DNA of 64,000 nucleotides from the human T2T-CHM13v2.0 reference genome, Homo sapiens, in NCBI RefSeq assembly GCF_009914755.1, contig NC_060945.1. One strand, given 5' to 3'. Below the pieces are notes generated by a model. The model searched no databases. It worked only from the letters and a program-made list of their open reading frames with translations, and was not told the origin of the DNA. A program made the translations under genes and the position numbers. Of this stretch, positions 1 to 31,515 are shown piece by piece. Position 1 is the first letter of the stretch. The number at the start of each line of letters is the position of its first letter.

Positions 1-868
1 CTAACCTACCCCCACCCCGAGCTTGCCTCAAGACCCAGCATGGACAGGGCCGCCTACCTGAAGGTGTGGGTGGCGGAGGGCTAAGACATTTGGGAGGGCT
101 ATGACATTCCGGGACCTTTAAATTCTTTCTCTCTAGGGCAGGATCATAACTGCATACACTTCTAATGGGGAGGGGACCTGGGGAGTGTGACTCCGGTGTG
201 GCCCAGCTCTGAGCTGTGCGGGAGGCATCCCTGGGGTCAGGGGCCTCACAGGTTCACCCAGGGGAGCACAGGCTGCGGACCCTACAACGTGGGTTGCGAA
301 GAGTATATTTTGGATATTTTCGCAAAAATCCAGGAGGAAGCTGTCACTCCTGGTTCAGGCAGCCCCGCCTTCCCCAGTGTGGATCGGCTGCCGGGCTGCG
401 GGGAATCCCACGTGTGTGGGGGAGGGCGTGTCCGCAGACCGTGGGCACCAGCTGGCCTTGGAGAGCGCTCGGCCGGTCACCTCCCTCCTTCTCCCTTCTT
501 CTAGGAAATCAGCAGTGCCAGGGAGTGGAAGGGGCAGCGCCCGTGCCCCGGCGTGCAGGGTGCGCCCGCCTTCCCTCCCTCCTTCCAGCGTTCGCGGTCC
601 TCCTTCCCTGGCAGGGACCCCGCCCCCGAGCCCGCCCCCGCACGGCTGTGCGTCCTGCCATGGGTCCCGGTGCCAGGCCCCGCCGCCCACTGCCGTCCAC
701 GCCCCGCCGGCCGCCCCGGCGCCTCCGCCGCCCGCTCCTCGGACCCGCACTGCCAGCCCGGCACCTCCAGGCGAGCCCCGCAGGCCCCGCGTCCGAGCCG
801 AGCTGGGGACGCGCGGGCCGAGCCACCCCGCCCCTGACCGCGGCGCCTCCGCTCCTTCCCCGGCTCAC

Positions 869-882
869 CTGCCCAGCCGCAT
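869..882 (-). CDS. ICOSLG: ICOS ligand (B7-H2), first coding exon (MRLGS...); the rest of the gene lies left of the window
   Basis: Minus strand reads gcaccATGCGGCTGGGCAG|gtgag: good Kozak context, 14 coding nt and a canonical donor. It matches the known ICOSLG N-terminus MRLGS and the known gene order next to DNMT3L. Confidence 0.9.
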
Positions 883-889
883 GGTGCGG

Positions 890-998
890 GCGGAGACCTC
901 GGGCCGCGGAGACCTCGGGGCGCGGAGACCTCGGGGCGCGGAGAACTTGGGCCGCGGGAGACCTCGGAGAGGAGCAACCTCGGGGCGCGGGAGATCGG
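890..998. repeat. ~16-bp GC-rich tandem repeat (GCGGAGACCTCGGGGC-like, ~7 degenerate copies) in the ICOSLG 5' UTR
   Basis: Directly visible units: gcggagacctcgggcc / gcggagacctcggggc / gcggagacctcggggc / gcggagaacttgggcc ... Confidence 0.9.
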
Positions 999-3947
999 CT
1001 CTAACTGCGCTCCCGCAGCGCCCGAGGCTCTGAGCGCCCAGCGCGCGGTGTGCTGGAGGCAGCCGTGTCCCCGCCCCGTCCCCGCCCCGCCCCCGGCCTG
1101 GCTCCTCTGGCGACCGAGACCGCCCCGGGACAGGAGGCGGGGCGCTGCGCGGCGGCTCCGGAAAGTTCGGCTCTGCCCAGGCGTGTGCCCGTCGGCCGGA
1201 GGCGGGACAGAGGCAGGTCGGCCTGTCCGCCTGGACGCGGACCTGGGCGCCGTAGGTGCCCTGGGAAGCGCAGGGGTGGGGGGTACCCGGCAGGAAGGTG
1301 GCCAGGGGTGCTGCGGGTGCCGGCGCAGCGAGGGAGGGCACCGTGGGAGGCAAGGGCCGTTCCCCGCGCCGCGCACAATGCGCCGGTCCTGCGGCCCTCC
1401 CCGAGCAGGAGTCCGGGGACCCAGGCCCCAAGGCTGGGAGAGCGCCAGGCCCCTGGCCGGCTGCGCTCCGATGATCTCCAGGACTTAAGGCGAGTGAGCT
1501 CAGCGACTGCTGAGGAATGAATGACTGAATGAACGCATGCATGAATGGAAGGAGGGAGGGAAAGTGGGCGGGCTCTACCCTCTGGGCCAGCCCCAGCCCG
1601 CCCCCACCTAGCCTTGCTCCCCTAGCCTTCTAGGGGTGTGAAGGGCGCTGGCGCAGCCTCTTTGCTTAACACTGGCTCTGAGGATCCCCCGCCGAGAAAC
1701 CGAGGCAGGCTTGCGGCTCTGGGCTCGTCAGCCTTGGCAGTGGCGTCTGGCCTGGAGTCTGGGGCAGCTGGTTTGGGAAAGGCTGCACCACGCAACCGAG
1801 GGTGGGACCCAGAGTCCCTGCTCCTTCCCCACCGCACCCAGCCCACCCCGCCCTCCCTCCCTGATCCCTGCAAGCCAGGTGAGGCCCAGGGGGGACGTGA
1901 CTCCCTTTCTGCAGAGGCACCTCCGGAAGGGCCTGGGTGAGGCTGCTAGACAGGGCAGCGGGGCACCCTCCTCCCGGAGCCCCCGCCTCTGGGCTGAGGC
2001 TCGGATCCCCACCGCCTCCTGCGCATGGAGGAGGCGAGAAGCGCAGGGAGACGGGGGCCCCAGACGGCACCCCGCAGGCTGCCATTCCTTCAACCAAGAT
2101 GTAGAGAACGCCGTGGACAAAAGCTTTAAAAAAATTCTGAAACCTCTGCCCGTGGGAAGTCAACATTTTTGCGGAGCAGAGAGCCCAGGCACAAAATAAG
2201 AAGGCGGAAGAGACGGGCTGGGGGGATAGGGGGGACGGCGGCGGGGAAGGGCAGGGAGGGCGGCGGCGAAGGCGCAGGAAGCCCTGAAGCCGGGCGGCTT
2301 CCCCCTCCCAGGCCACGCTGAGAGACGGGGGTTGGGGGGATTTAAAATCGCGCGCCTGGCAGGGGCGGGGCGGGGGCCACCTGCCCTCCGGCGGGAAGAG
2401 CTGGGCAGGGCCCGCGGAGTGCAGGGCGGAGGCACTGGCGGTCCGCACCCGGGTGAGGTGAGGCGCGTAACCGCATCTGAGCCGGACTCTTTAGGACGAG
2501 TCCCGTCCCTGGAGTCAGAAAACCCGGTCCAGCGCCAGCGTGGACGTGCGCTTCCCGGGACACGCCCAGGGACGCCGGCTAGGACCGGCGAGGCTGGAGG
2601 GGTGGCGATGTTGGGGGCTGAGGTTCCTCGCCCCGGGGCGGGCGGCTGCTGGTAAGGGACCGCATGGCCCCGCAGGTGAGGAGGGCGCAGGTGAGGAGGG
2701 CGCAGGTGAGCCGGGCGGGCTGCGGGCAGCGCCACCTCCTCCCGGAGGCCCTCCCTGATTGACCGGCCGGGAACCGCGCGCCTCTGGGCCTGCGGCTGAG
2801 GTCCGGGGCTGCGCCGCGCCGATGAGCTGACGCCGGGCCGAGCGCTCCACCCCCAGGGCCGGGCGCACCTGAATCCCCTCCACCCGCGGGACTGCGGAGA
2901 GGGGGACGGCCCCCGGATACCGCGTGGGGGCTTTGGGAGGATGGGGAATGGGTCCTGGGGGAGCAGAGCCTCCCAAATTAAGGCCTCCCAAGAGCGCGGC
3001 CGGTCATCCGCGGCGGCGAAGGGAAGGTGCCCTGTCGGTGCGTCCGGACCCCGCAGCCCCCCAGTGCCGCCCGGGGGCGGTGGGAGAGGGGCCGACACCG
3101 CAGGGCCCGCCGTGCTGTGGCCGAGGGGGCAGGTCCAGGCTCTGCTTCCCGGGCAGACGCGGGAGACCCCAGCAAGCCAAGTGCTGCGGGCAGCGCCCCC
3201 CCCCGCCGAGAGAGGGGACGCCGCGTGGAGGCCACAGCCAGGCAGGGGCAGGAAGGCAGCTGGGCCAGAAGGGGACACTGAGGCAGGCCGAGGCGGCCGC
3301 GGGGGAGGGTGCCAGGACCAGCCCAGGAACCTCGGAGACCACGGTAAGCGGTGGCTGGTTCAGATCCCAACTCCGGAGCTGTGTGACCCCAGAAAGTTCC
3401 TTAGCCCCTTGGTGCCTGCATCCCCTGACGTGTGACATATACATGAATGGGGCTGTTGTAAGTGAACGCACACAGCACACCGGCACATGTGTCACAACAC
3501 TTAGATGGGTTTAGATGAAGAAACAGGGAAACCTTTGGGAAGTTTCCTGTAGTCAAAGGAAGGTTTTCGTTTTCCCCCTCAACCGTGACTGTTTCTTGGG
3601 CCGGCAGGATAGGCTTTTGTTCTAGGGGTGTGGAGAGAGGGCCCCTTGGCAGCGTCCAGGGCCAACTGGGAACCAAGCAGGAATCGTATTTGTGCAGCCT
3701 GGAGTTCGAGGCTCTGGGTGCGAGTCGTAGTGCTTAAGCAGGAAGCAGCTGCCTGATGCCCCTAGCCCCAGGCCGCCCTGCTCTGCCGTTTCGAGGGCGT
3801 GGGGGTCTTCTGATCTCCACCTTGATGCACCTCCAGGCCCGGGTCCTTTTGGGGTCTGGCACAGCAACCTGCGTTTGACAGCATGGGCGTCCGCTGATGC
3901 TGAGAGCTCAACTTCTGGTCCAAGGAAGATCTTTTCTCTTCGGGGAA

Positions 3948-4276
3948 CAGTCATACATTGTTTAACGAAAAGGATACATTCCTTCTGAGAAATGCGTCCT
4001 TAGGTGATTTTGTCCTTGTGTGAACACAGAGTGCACACACTGGCCCTGGTGGCACAGCCTGCTACACGCCGAGGCTGTGTGTCACAGCCTGCTGCTCCAG
4101 GGCCACGAGCCTACGCGGCAGGTGACGGTGCTGAATAGCGTAGGCAGCTGTGACTCACTGGTATTTGTGTATCTAAAGCCATCTAAACATAGAACAGGTG
4201 CAGTAAAAATACCGCGCTGTGATATGGGAGCACTGTGGCATTGCTTGTTGACCGAAGGTTATGTGGTGCACGACTG
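3948..4276 (-). mobile_element. Tigger3-family (MER7/Golem-like) DNA transposon fossil
   Basis: Terminal inverted repeats CAGTCAT...CGACTG followed by TA; internal TTCTGAGAAATGCGTC motif. Family assigned from memory. Confidence 0.65.
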
Positions 4277-4278
4277 TA

Positions 4279-4685
4279 TGTTCGTTTCCTGTGGGCGCTG
4301 GAACTAACGACCTCACGCTTGCTGGCTCAAAACAACAGCAGTCTATTCTCTCTCAGCCCTGGAGAGCGGAAGCCTGCCTGGTGGAGGCGCTAGGGGAGTA
4401 TCCTACCTGCCTCTCCCAGCTCTGGGTGGCCCAGACATCCCTGTGCTTAGCTCCAGCAGCCGCCTCAGTGGCCATGTGGCTTCTCTGTGTGGTCAAGCCT
4501 CACTTTGCCCCTCTCTTATGAGGACCTTTGGGATGACACGTAGAACCCACCTGGATGATCCAGGGAGGCCTTCCACCTCAATTTAATCCCGTCAGCAAAG
4601 TCCTTCCTTTGCCACATGAGGTAACATTCACAGGATCCGGGAATGGGGACATGGGCATCCTTTGGAGGGTGGTTCAGCTGAGCAT
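4279..4685. mobile_element. MLT1-type (MaLR) LTR fragment
   Basis: Motifs ggctcaaaacaacag and ggtaacattcacagg...ggacatgggcatcctttgg are typical of MLT1. Confidence 0.55.
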
Positions 4686-4730
4686 GGGATCATGATACAG
4701 GTCCTGTGTATAAAATTCAAATACTTGGCA

Positions 4731-5038
<308 letters not shown>

Positions 5039-5775
5039 ACATAGAGAATCTCAAGGTGGTGTGGACAGTTCTGAGTGTTGGGGAGAGAACAAAAGAAGGA
5101 AAGTGCATTTTGGGTGGCAGAAAGCCCCTAACAGAGCCTTGGGCCCCTGCTTTGAAGCAGCCCTCACAGAAACTGACCACGAGTTATGTTGGGCCCATGA
5201 CACTGGTTCCCTGGGTGGACACAGCCTGAGCCCAGCCCGCCCTGTCTGGAGCTCTCACCACCCTGCCTGGCCCGTGCCCATGGGCTCACAATGGCTTCAA
5301 CCCCATTTATGTGTCAGCTCAAGCAGGCCTCCCCAGAGGGCTCATTTGCACTTGGATGCCCTCACCTGTGCTCCCTCTGTGGCTTCAGGAACCCCGGGGT
5401 CATTACAGAGCTTGCTAAATTCATCCCTGGACGTGAGATGTGTGTCGTAAGCATCCAGGACTGTCCCAAGATGGGAGAGGCGTTCAGTCATGTTCACTCA
5501 AGTGAAGTCTTCTATTCTACTTCCAGATACACCTTTTTAACCTTCAAAGGGTCCAATTTTAACCTTTCTTCCACAAAGCATTTTACGTACCACTAATAGT
5601 CCCAGTGCAGACCCCAAAGTTCCCCTGTAAGATTCATTTCCTGTGATTCGAGCACAGCCTGAGGCAGAGCTTTCTGCTGGGTTTATCCTCACTGAGACTC
5701 AGACTGCAGAGGGCCAGGAGGAGCCCTGCTTTTTGCAAGCAATACCACCTGGGGTAGGACCCACAAGTGACATCC

Positions 5776-5945
5776 TTTGTGCGTGGATCTGGCCTTGGCC
5801 TCCGCACCGTCTGTTCAGCAAGTCCCTCCTTTGCCTGCCAAGGCTGAGGTCCTGTACTTTTGTGTGTGGATCTGGCCTTGGCCTCCGCACCGTCTGTTCA
5901 GCAGGTCCCTCCTTTGTCTGCCAAGGCTGAGGTCCTGTACTTTTG
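5776..5945. repeat. Direct tandem duplication, 2 x 83 bp
   Basis: tttgtgYgtggatctggccttggcctccgcaccgtctgttcagc...gtcctgtactttt repeats at an 83-bp offset with about 3 mismatches. Confidence 0.95.
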
Positions 5946-6457
5946 CAAAGGTCCAGGCTGTTTGGTGCAGCTACAATCAGGGTGCGTGGTTTCTCTATGA
6001 ACGCAAACAGCGGTCTCAAGGGGAAGGCCCCGGCAGAAAGTGCATCATGCGGGACACGGTGCAGGCGCTCCGAAGACGCCTCCTGCTCACTTCTGGCCTC
6101 CACCCCCTGCCCTGCAGGGTGACAGATGGCTGTGCCTACACATAAAACACCAGACGTGACCAATAACTATCTTATAATAAATATACTCGAACTTCTCAAC
6201 TAGAACACAGAAATGCTTTCAGGAAGTACATCGCGCACCACCACGTGTGGTCCTGTGTGCAGCGGCGTGGGCCTCGCCCCGTCCCATGAGCCAGCGTGAT
6301 GGGGGAGAGACCCTGAGTCTCCAGAACCCAACGGAACGTGGGTCTGCAGTGACGACGGAGACGCAAAAAAACAAGAATCCGAAGAGGAAAGAGACAACGT
6401 GAGGAAAGTTGCCTTTGTTCTAGGAAAAGTCTTTTTCTTCACAGTATAGTGACTCAT

Positions 6458-21319
<14,862 letters not shown>

Positions 21320-21799
21320 GGGGATGCTGTGTCAGGACACACGGACACAGATGTGAGAAAGCCGTCAGCCCCTGCTCAGATCCCTGATGCACCCCAGCAC
21401 GGGAAGCAGCTTGCTGAGCAGACCTTGACTAGTTCAGGCCACCTGAACCCCCGCGGTGACACCCACCTGCCCAACCCAGGGATGAGGGGCAGGACAGCCA
21501 AGGCCAGTGCCAGCCCTGAGAGGGGCTCAAGGGTCCCCTGAGGCGTGCCCCCCACCTGCCTGGCCCTGTTACAACATGGAAGATGGGGCAAAAAGGGGAG
21601 GGCAGGGCCCTCATGAGGACCTGGGGCCAATGGCCGCTGCAGCCCCTGCTTTCCTCTGGGCCCAGCCTTCGACCCCTCAGGGACTCCCATGCCCCAGCCT
21701 CCTACAGTGTCCCTCAGGCCCAGCAGGGACCCCTGGGGATGGTCTTGGCCAGCCGCACCCTTGAAGGCAGCATGGTCAGGGAGTAGGAAAGAGACTCAC

Positions 21800-22040
21800 A
21801 GGGCTGCTGCCACGGCTCCGGGTACAGCCAGCTGGTGGGTTCAAGGTTCCAGTGGTCCGGGGCTTCCAGGCTCAGGGTCCCCGGGGAGGACTGGGCCATG
21901 GAACGAGGGACGGCGCAGGCAAAGAATGAGCTGGAAGGATCCAGGCCCACCTGGGACAGCGGGTGGCCAGAGGTCACCAGGCTATGGGGGCAAAGAATCT
22001 GGGCGTGTCCCGCGGGGGCGGGGAGGGGCGGGGGCGGGGC
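21800..22040 (-). promoter_or_regulatory. DNMT3L: DNMT3L non-coding exon 1 and proximal GC-box promoter (TSS not resolvable, probably ~21950)
   Basis: Donor CCCT|GTGAGT at 21800/21799; tandem GGGGCGGGGGCGGGG Sp1 boxes at ~22026-22039. Confidence 0.65.
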
Positions 22041-22099
22041 AGCCCTTCAGTGCCGGTTTGCAGTGGGAGGGGCGAGGAGCTGCGGGGGGTCACTTGGGG

Positions 22100-23280
22100 T
22101 GGGGAGCTAGGAAGCTGGGGGACGGGCAGGGAAAGGGAACCCTCAGGTGGGGAGGGTTAAGAGCTCAGTGGGGCTGGGGGATTGGGGTTCAGAGGATGGG
22201 GCCCTCAGGGTGGAGTGAGGGGTGGGGTTTGGGGACCTCAGTGGGGAGTGGGGTTCAGGGGAGGGGTGGAGATGGGAGGACTGGGGATGGGGCAGATGAG
22301 GGGGGTTTCAGTAGAGGGGGGCCCTTGGGGTGGGGTGGGGGATAGGGGTGGCTGTGGGGTAGGGGCAGGGCGCTCAGAGGTGGGGTTTAGGAAGGTCATA
22401 GGGGTGGGCTTCAGGGCAAGGGTGAAGAAAGGGATGAGGGTGGAGGGTGGAGGGGTGGAGGGGTGGAGGGTGGAGGGTGGAGGGTGGAGGTAGGGCAGGG
22501 CGGGGGGTTAGGTGGAGTTGGCCCCCTGGGTGGAGATGGGTGAGGATTAGTGGAGGTGGCCCTCAGGGCAGGGTGGGTGGGTGGAGGGCGGGGCTTAGGG
22601 AGATCTGTTGGGGGATTAGGGAGTGGGGGTGGGGGTGGATGCTGAGTTGGAGATGGGGGCCTTCAGGGGAGGTGGTCCTTTGGCGGGATGGGGGTGATGA
22701 TAGGGTGAGGGTGGGCACTCCGGGGCAGGGCTCAGTGGCGGGGGTCGGGGCTCAGGGCAAGGGTAGAGACGGGGTGAAAGTAGGAATGGGGGTGTGAGGC
22801 CGAGGATGGGGGTTTCAGGGGAGGTGGCCTTTAGGGCAGGATAGGGGTGAGAATGGGGTGGGGATGGGCCTCAGGGATCTCAGGGTCGGTTGGGATGGGA
22901 GTGGGGGTGGGGGTAGATGGTGAGGAGGAGATGGGGGTGTTCAGGGGAGGTGGTCCTCTGGCGGGATAGAGGGAGGGGCGTTCAGGAGCCGGGCTTGGGA
23001 GCTCAGTCTGGAGCCCCAGGTTTGGGGGGCAGCTGTGGGGGAGAGAAGGAAACAGGGAAGGCCCTGGAGGATGGGGTAAGGGGTGTTGGGTGGGGAATGT
23101 CAGGGCAGGTGGGGGGTTGGGGAGCTGGGAGGGGTAGGTTCAGGGTGGGGGTGGAACGTGGAAGCAGGGAAGGGAGCAGGAAGGTGGGGTGGGCAGAGGG
23201 GCAGTGTGGGAGGTGCGGGGTGGGTTGGGAAGGGGGACTTTGTTGGAGGGAGGTTAGGGGCTTCAGAGCAGGGGGCGGAG
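22100..23280 (+). repeat. ~1.2 kb G-rich low-complexity tract upstream of DNMT3L, including (GGAGGGT)n
   Basis: Dozens of G3-G5 runs on the plus strand with strong strand asymmetry. Confidence 0.9.
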
Positions 23281-23895
23281 GACCGCCGGGCAGGGCTGGA
23301 GCCACAGGACAATTGTGCTGGTCGAAAGTGGGAGAAGACCCTTGCGGGAGGTAACCCCCCTGAAGTGTGGGCTGGGCCTGGTGACTTCCTTCTGCAAGTA
23401 CTGCATGAGGGGTGACCACACAGGGGCAGCCTGATGACCCCTTGGCCCCTGGCCCAGGCCAGCGTCTCGGGGAGGATTCGCCTGGGTGGGTGCCCCGCAC
23501 CGGGGCTTTCTCCCCCCACCCACAGCCCAGCCTCTCCAGGAGTGAACTGGGTCGGAGCAGAGGCGGCCCAGTGCCTGAGCCCTCCTCACTGGGGCAGTCA
23601 GGCCGCCCAGCGGGAGAGTCTGAGAAACAGCGGGGCAGGGGGCGGGGGGACCCTGAGGCACTGCGACAATGAAGTGTCACATGGGATCCCGGGACAGAGA
23701 GGGGCGGTAGGGAGTGGGAAATCTGAATAAAATGTGGCTCCTTGGCTCTAAGTTGGTGTGTCTGCAGGTTTGTTCATGTAACCACAGTGTCCATGGGGGC
23801 CTGAGGGCTGGGTGGGGGTTGCGGCAGTTCTGGACTAGCGCCTCAAGGTTTGTATAACTTTAAAGCTGTTCTAACATAGTTACTTTTTTTAATGA

Positions 23896-25950
<2,055 letters not shown>

Positions 25951-26529
25951 CGGAAGGGCAGTTTTCTAACTTCACACCCCAGAACCTCCTGCAGTAAAGG
26001 AAGGTTCTGTCCAGGGCGGGTGCCCTGGCGTAGGCCACAGGACAGGAAGCCCCTCGCATCCATCAGAGCCCCCAGTCCCCGTGCACCCCACTGCTGCTCA
26101 GCAGAGACCAGAGCGGTCTCAGCAGGAGAGAGGCCCGGTGCTCTACAGATGGGCCCCAGAAAAGCTGGCCTCTCATGGGGAGCTCTCTGGGAGCTCAGTC
26201 CCTGAGGCCACCACTGGCATCGGCCCCTGTGATATACCCACCAGCATGCGGACCACAGGTGCTGGTCACTGGGGGACCTCTGGCCTCACTCTCCATGCCC
26301 CAGAAAGCCCCAAGGACGCAAACGTGGCAGGGTGGGCCTTAAAGCTCCCCAAGCAGGGCTACGGGGGCTGGTGGAGCACAGTCCCCGCTGTGTGGCTGCC
26401 CCTTCCTGGCACTCATGGATGCATCTGGAGTCTTCCTTCTGCATGAGCTCCCATGTCCTCTCCAGCCTGGAAGCCACCCGTGTGCTGGCTTGATGGGGTG
26501 ACCCACAGCTCACTACACATTGATTTCTC

Positions 26530-26797
26530 TTTTTTTTTTTTTTGAGACGGAGTCTCACTCTATCACCCAGGCTGGAGTGCAGTGGCGCATCTCCACTCAC
26601 TGCAAGCTTACGACATTCTCCCAAGTAGCTGGGACTACAGGCGCCCGCCACCACGCCTGGATAATTTTTTTGTATTTTTAGTAGAGACGGGGTTTCACCG
26701 TGTTAGCCAGTATGGTCTCGATCTCCTGACCTCGTGATCCACCCGCCTCGGCCTCCCAAAGTGCTGGGATTACAAGCGTGAGCCACTAAGCCCAGCC
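26530..26797 (-). mobile_element. AluY-like element with internal deletion
   Basis: Reverse-complement Alu containing cactgcaagct; right arm shortened. Confidence 0.85.
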
Positions 26798-28677
26798 TAC
26801 ACGATGATTTCTGATGCTGTTGACCCTAGGGGTCTGGAAAGGCCCCTGTGACTCAACCTGGCCTTGGCCTGGGCCCAGCTGGACCCGGGGTGGCCACATA
26901 CAGCCAGGGCCATGAGGGTCAGGAAGAAAGGACAGGATGGCAGCCTCCACTGTGGAAGCCCCAGGAGCCTGGGGGTGGTCACTGAAGCCTCACCCAGACC
27001 TGATGGCCAATGCACTGGACCCCAGCAGGGGCTGCCGCTTCTCCCACCCTCCAGAAGGCACTGTCATGAGTGTGCTTGGGAACAGGGTGCATAGTCAGAT
27101 TGTTTGGGACACACTGTCTGCCCCTCACCTGCTTGGAGGGTTGTGATTTACATCCCTGCGTGAAGTTTCTGAGAAGCACATAGGACAGACACCCTTAATC
27201 AATGGAAGCCCCCATCTCTTCCAAAGCTGCTTCTGCAGAGAGCCTTCCCTTGATGGTGCATTTATAAATGGCACGGGAAACTTTCAGAAAACACCCATGT
27301 GGGAAATCGCACTCCAGAAGTGGGAAGACCGTGCAAACCATCTTCTCTCCAGGAGCCCGTGATAGTGCGAGGACTGGCGCCGATGGCCCGCTGGGGGCTG
27401 GGGAGCCCCGGGGACCCCATACCGTGTGCCCTCTGCCCTCCAGCCCATGGTGCGGAAGACACTGTCTCACCTCTGCTTGATCAATCTATAGACAGCAGGA
27501 GCCAAAGCCCAGCATCTGGAGACACACTCATGTCCTTGGGCCTCTGAGGGGCAGACTGAGGTGGTGATCACGGCAGGCGAAGGGGACGTGGTGACCCCTC
27601 CACATTCAGTGGCCACATCGAGTCACAGCTGTAGTGGGGTGGGGGGTGATACGTTTTGTGTTTGTGGAGTGAATGAACGAATGAGCAAACATTCATTTTT
27701 CTCCTGAAGACAAAGTGCCGCTGGAGTTAGAGGTGGCGTGAGCTCTTGCGTCTCCTGATCTAGAGAGGACTGCAAGGCGCCCCAGGGCCCATGGGTCCCC
27801 AGACTGCTCTCCAGCGCCACACCCAGGCCTGCGGCTCTCTCAACCTTGGATGAAGCTGATGCTTTAATATTGAGAAAGACAAGCCTGGGAGTGGGCCCAG
27901 CGCCCACAGTGAGGTCCTGGTTCTCTCCTGCAGACGTCAGCAGCCTCACAGAGCAGGCCTCAGACAAGGCTGTTCGGGACAATAATAAAACGAGTGAAAA
28001 AATAAGGCCACTTCCAAATCGTGGCTCCCACAAAAACAAGGTCCCGGGGCCACCCACAAAAATGACCGAATATCCCCCTCTCCTGGCTGAAAGGGGTGCG
28101 TGAAGCCTCTTCCCGGGCCATAGTTGGGGTTCACTGAGGCTCCCCATTGAAGAACCACAGCGCTCCTAGCCGAGCCCGGTCCAGAGCTGCCACGGTGAAC
28201 ACGGTCAGATAGTCAGGGACACGCTGTGGTCACAGTTGGCACCTTTGTATTAGAGTCTGAGAATCCCGAAATACTACATCTGCTTCACCCGTTAAATTAT
28301 CCACCATTTCCCCCAAACCTACTAAGTAAAGGAAATTTCCTTTATGGTACATTTATAAAAGCCATGTACGAAATTGTGTTCTGGAAAACACGAGTTTTAT
28401 GATGTTCGCATATGTCACATACTTTCATAGCTCAATATTCAAAAGCTGCAAAGTGGGAACAGTGAAATGGTGCTGGATTGTGCAGCCCCCAATGCTACTG
28501 AACTATGACATGAAATCTCTGGCAAAGCTTAAGTCTCTCTTCTCTGTTCCTTTCATTTTCTTTGTAACCCTTGCTTGTTTTTTTCTTATTAATTTGAAAG
28601 CCTCTTTATATATTAAAGATATTGACTCATATAATCCTCGTATACATAAGTCACAAATATTTTCTTCAGCTTGTTAA

Positions 28678-29049
<372 letters not shown>

Positions 29050-29576
29050 CTGTCTACGAGTCTTTTTTTAGATTTCCATTCTTCCTAACATATTTAAAAA
29101 GTTCCTCTTCACCCCAAGATGGTATAAGCATGCACCTTTATTTTCTTTGGATATTTTATTTCATTTTTTCCATTTCATCATTTCATGTCTTCATTTAAGT
29201 CATTTTATGTATTAATTCTAATTGGAATAATTTTAGTGTTTGCCATGGCTTTTGCGAATTACTATCCAGTTCTCTCAAGATCACTTTTGAATACGCCCTC
29301 CATTCCCTGATGCATTCAAAACCGTGTGTCAATCACCTGCCTCTCTGAGTGCCTGGGTCTCAGGCTTTGCATTTCTCTCCAGGGGTGTGTCAGTTTCTGC
29401 CTTGGAGCTCCTGCCACGCTGGCTGTAGCTTTATACCATGTTTAAACACCCCGCGCCGTGTGACAGTCTTCAGAAGTGTCTTGTCTCGTGTTCACTCACC
29501 TTCCACAAGAACATTAAATCAAGTTCTTTGAAAAATCCCATTGGTAATTTGATTGGAATGAATGGTATTAGATTTA

Positions 29577-31515
<1,939 letters not shown>

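Larger units (their letters stand above)
380..3330. promoter_or_regulatory. CpG island / ICOSLG promoter region
   Basis: Very GC-rich with dense CpG and multiple GGGCGG boxes around ICOSLG exon 1. Edges are approximate. Confidence 0.85.

Noticed and set aside
890-998. Short repeat array as a CRISPR-like locus
   Set aside because: The units are head-to-tail with no unique spacers, there are no cas genes, and the context is human.
187-3514. Many long overlapping ORFs (up to 372 aa) on both strands
   Set aside because: CpG-island composition depletes stop codons. The products are P/R/G/A-rich with no domains. Only the 14-nt ICOSLG exon is supported.
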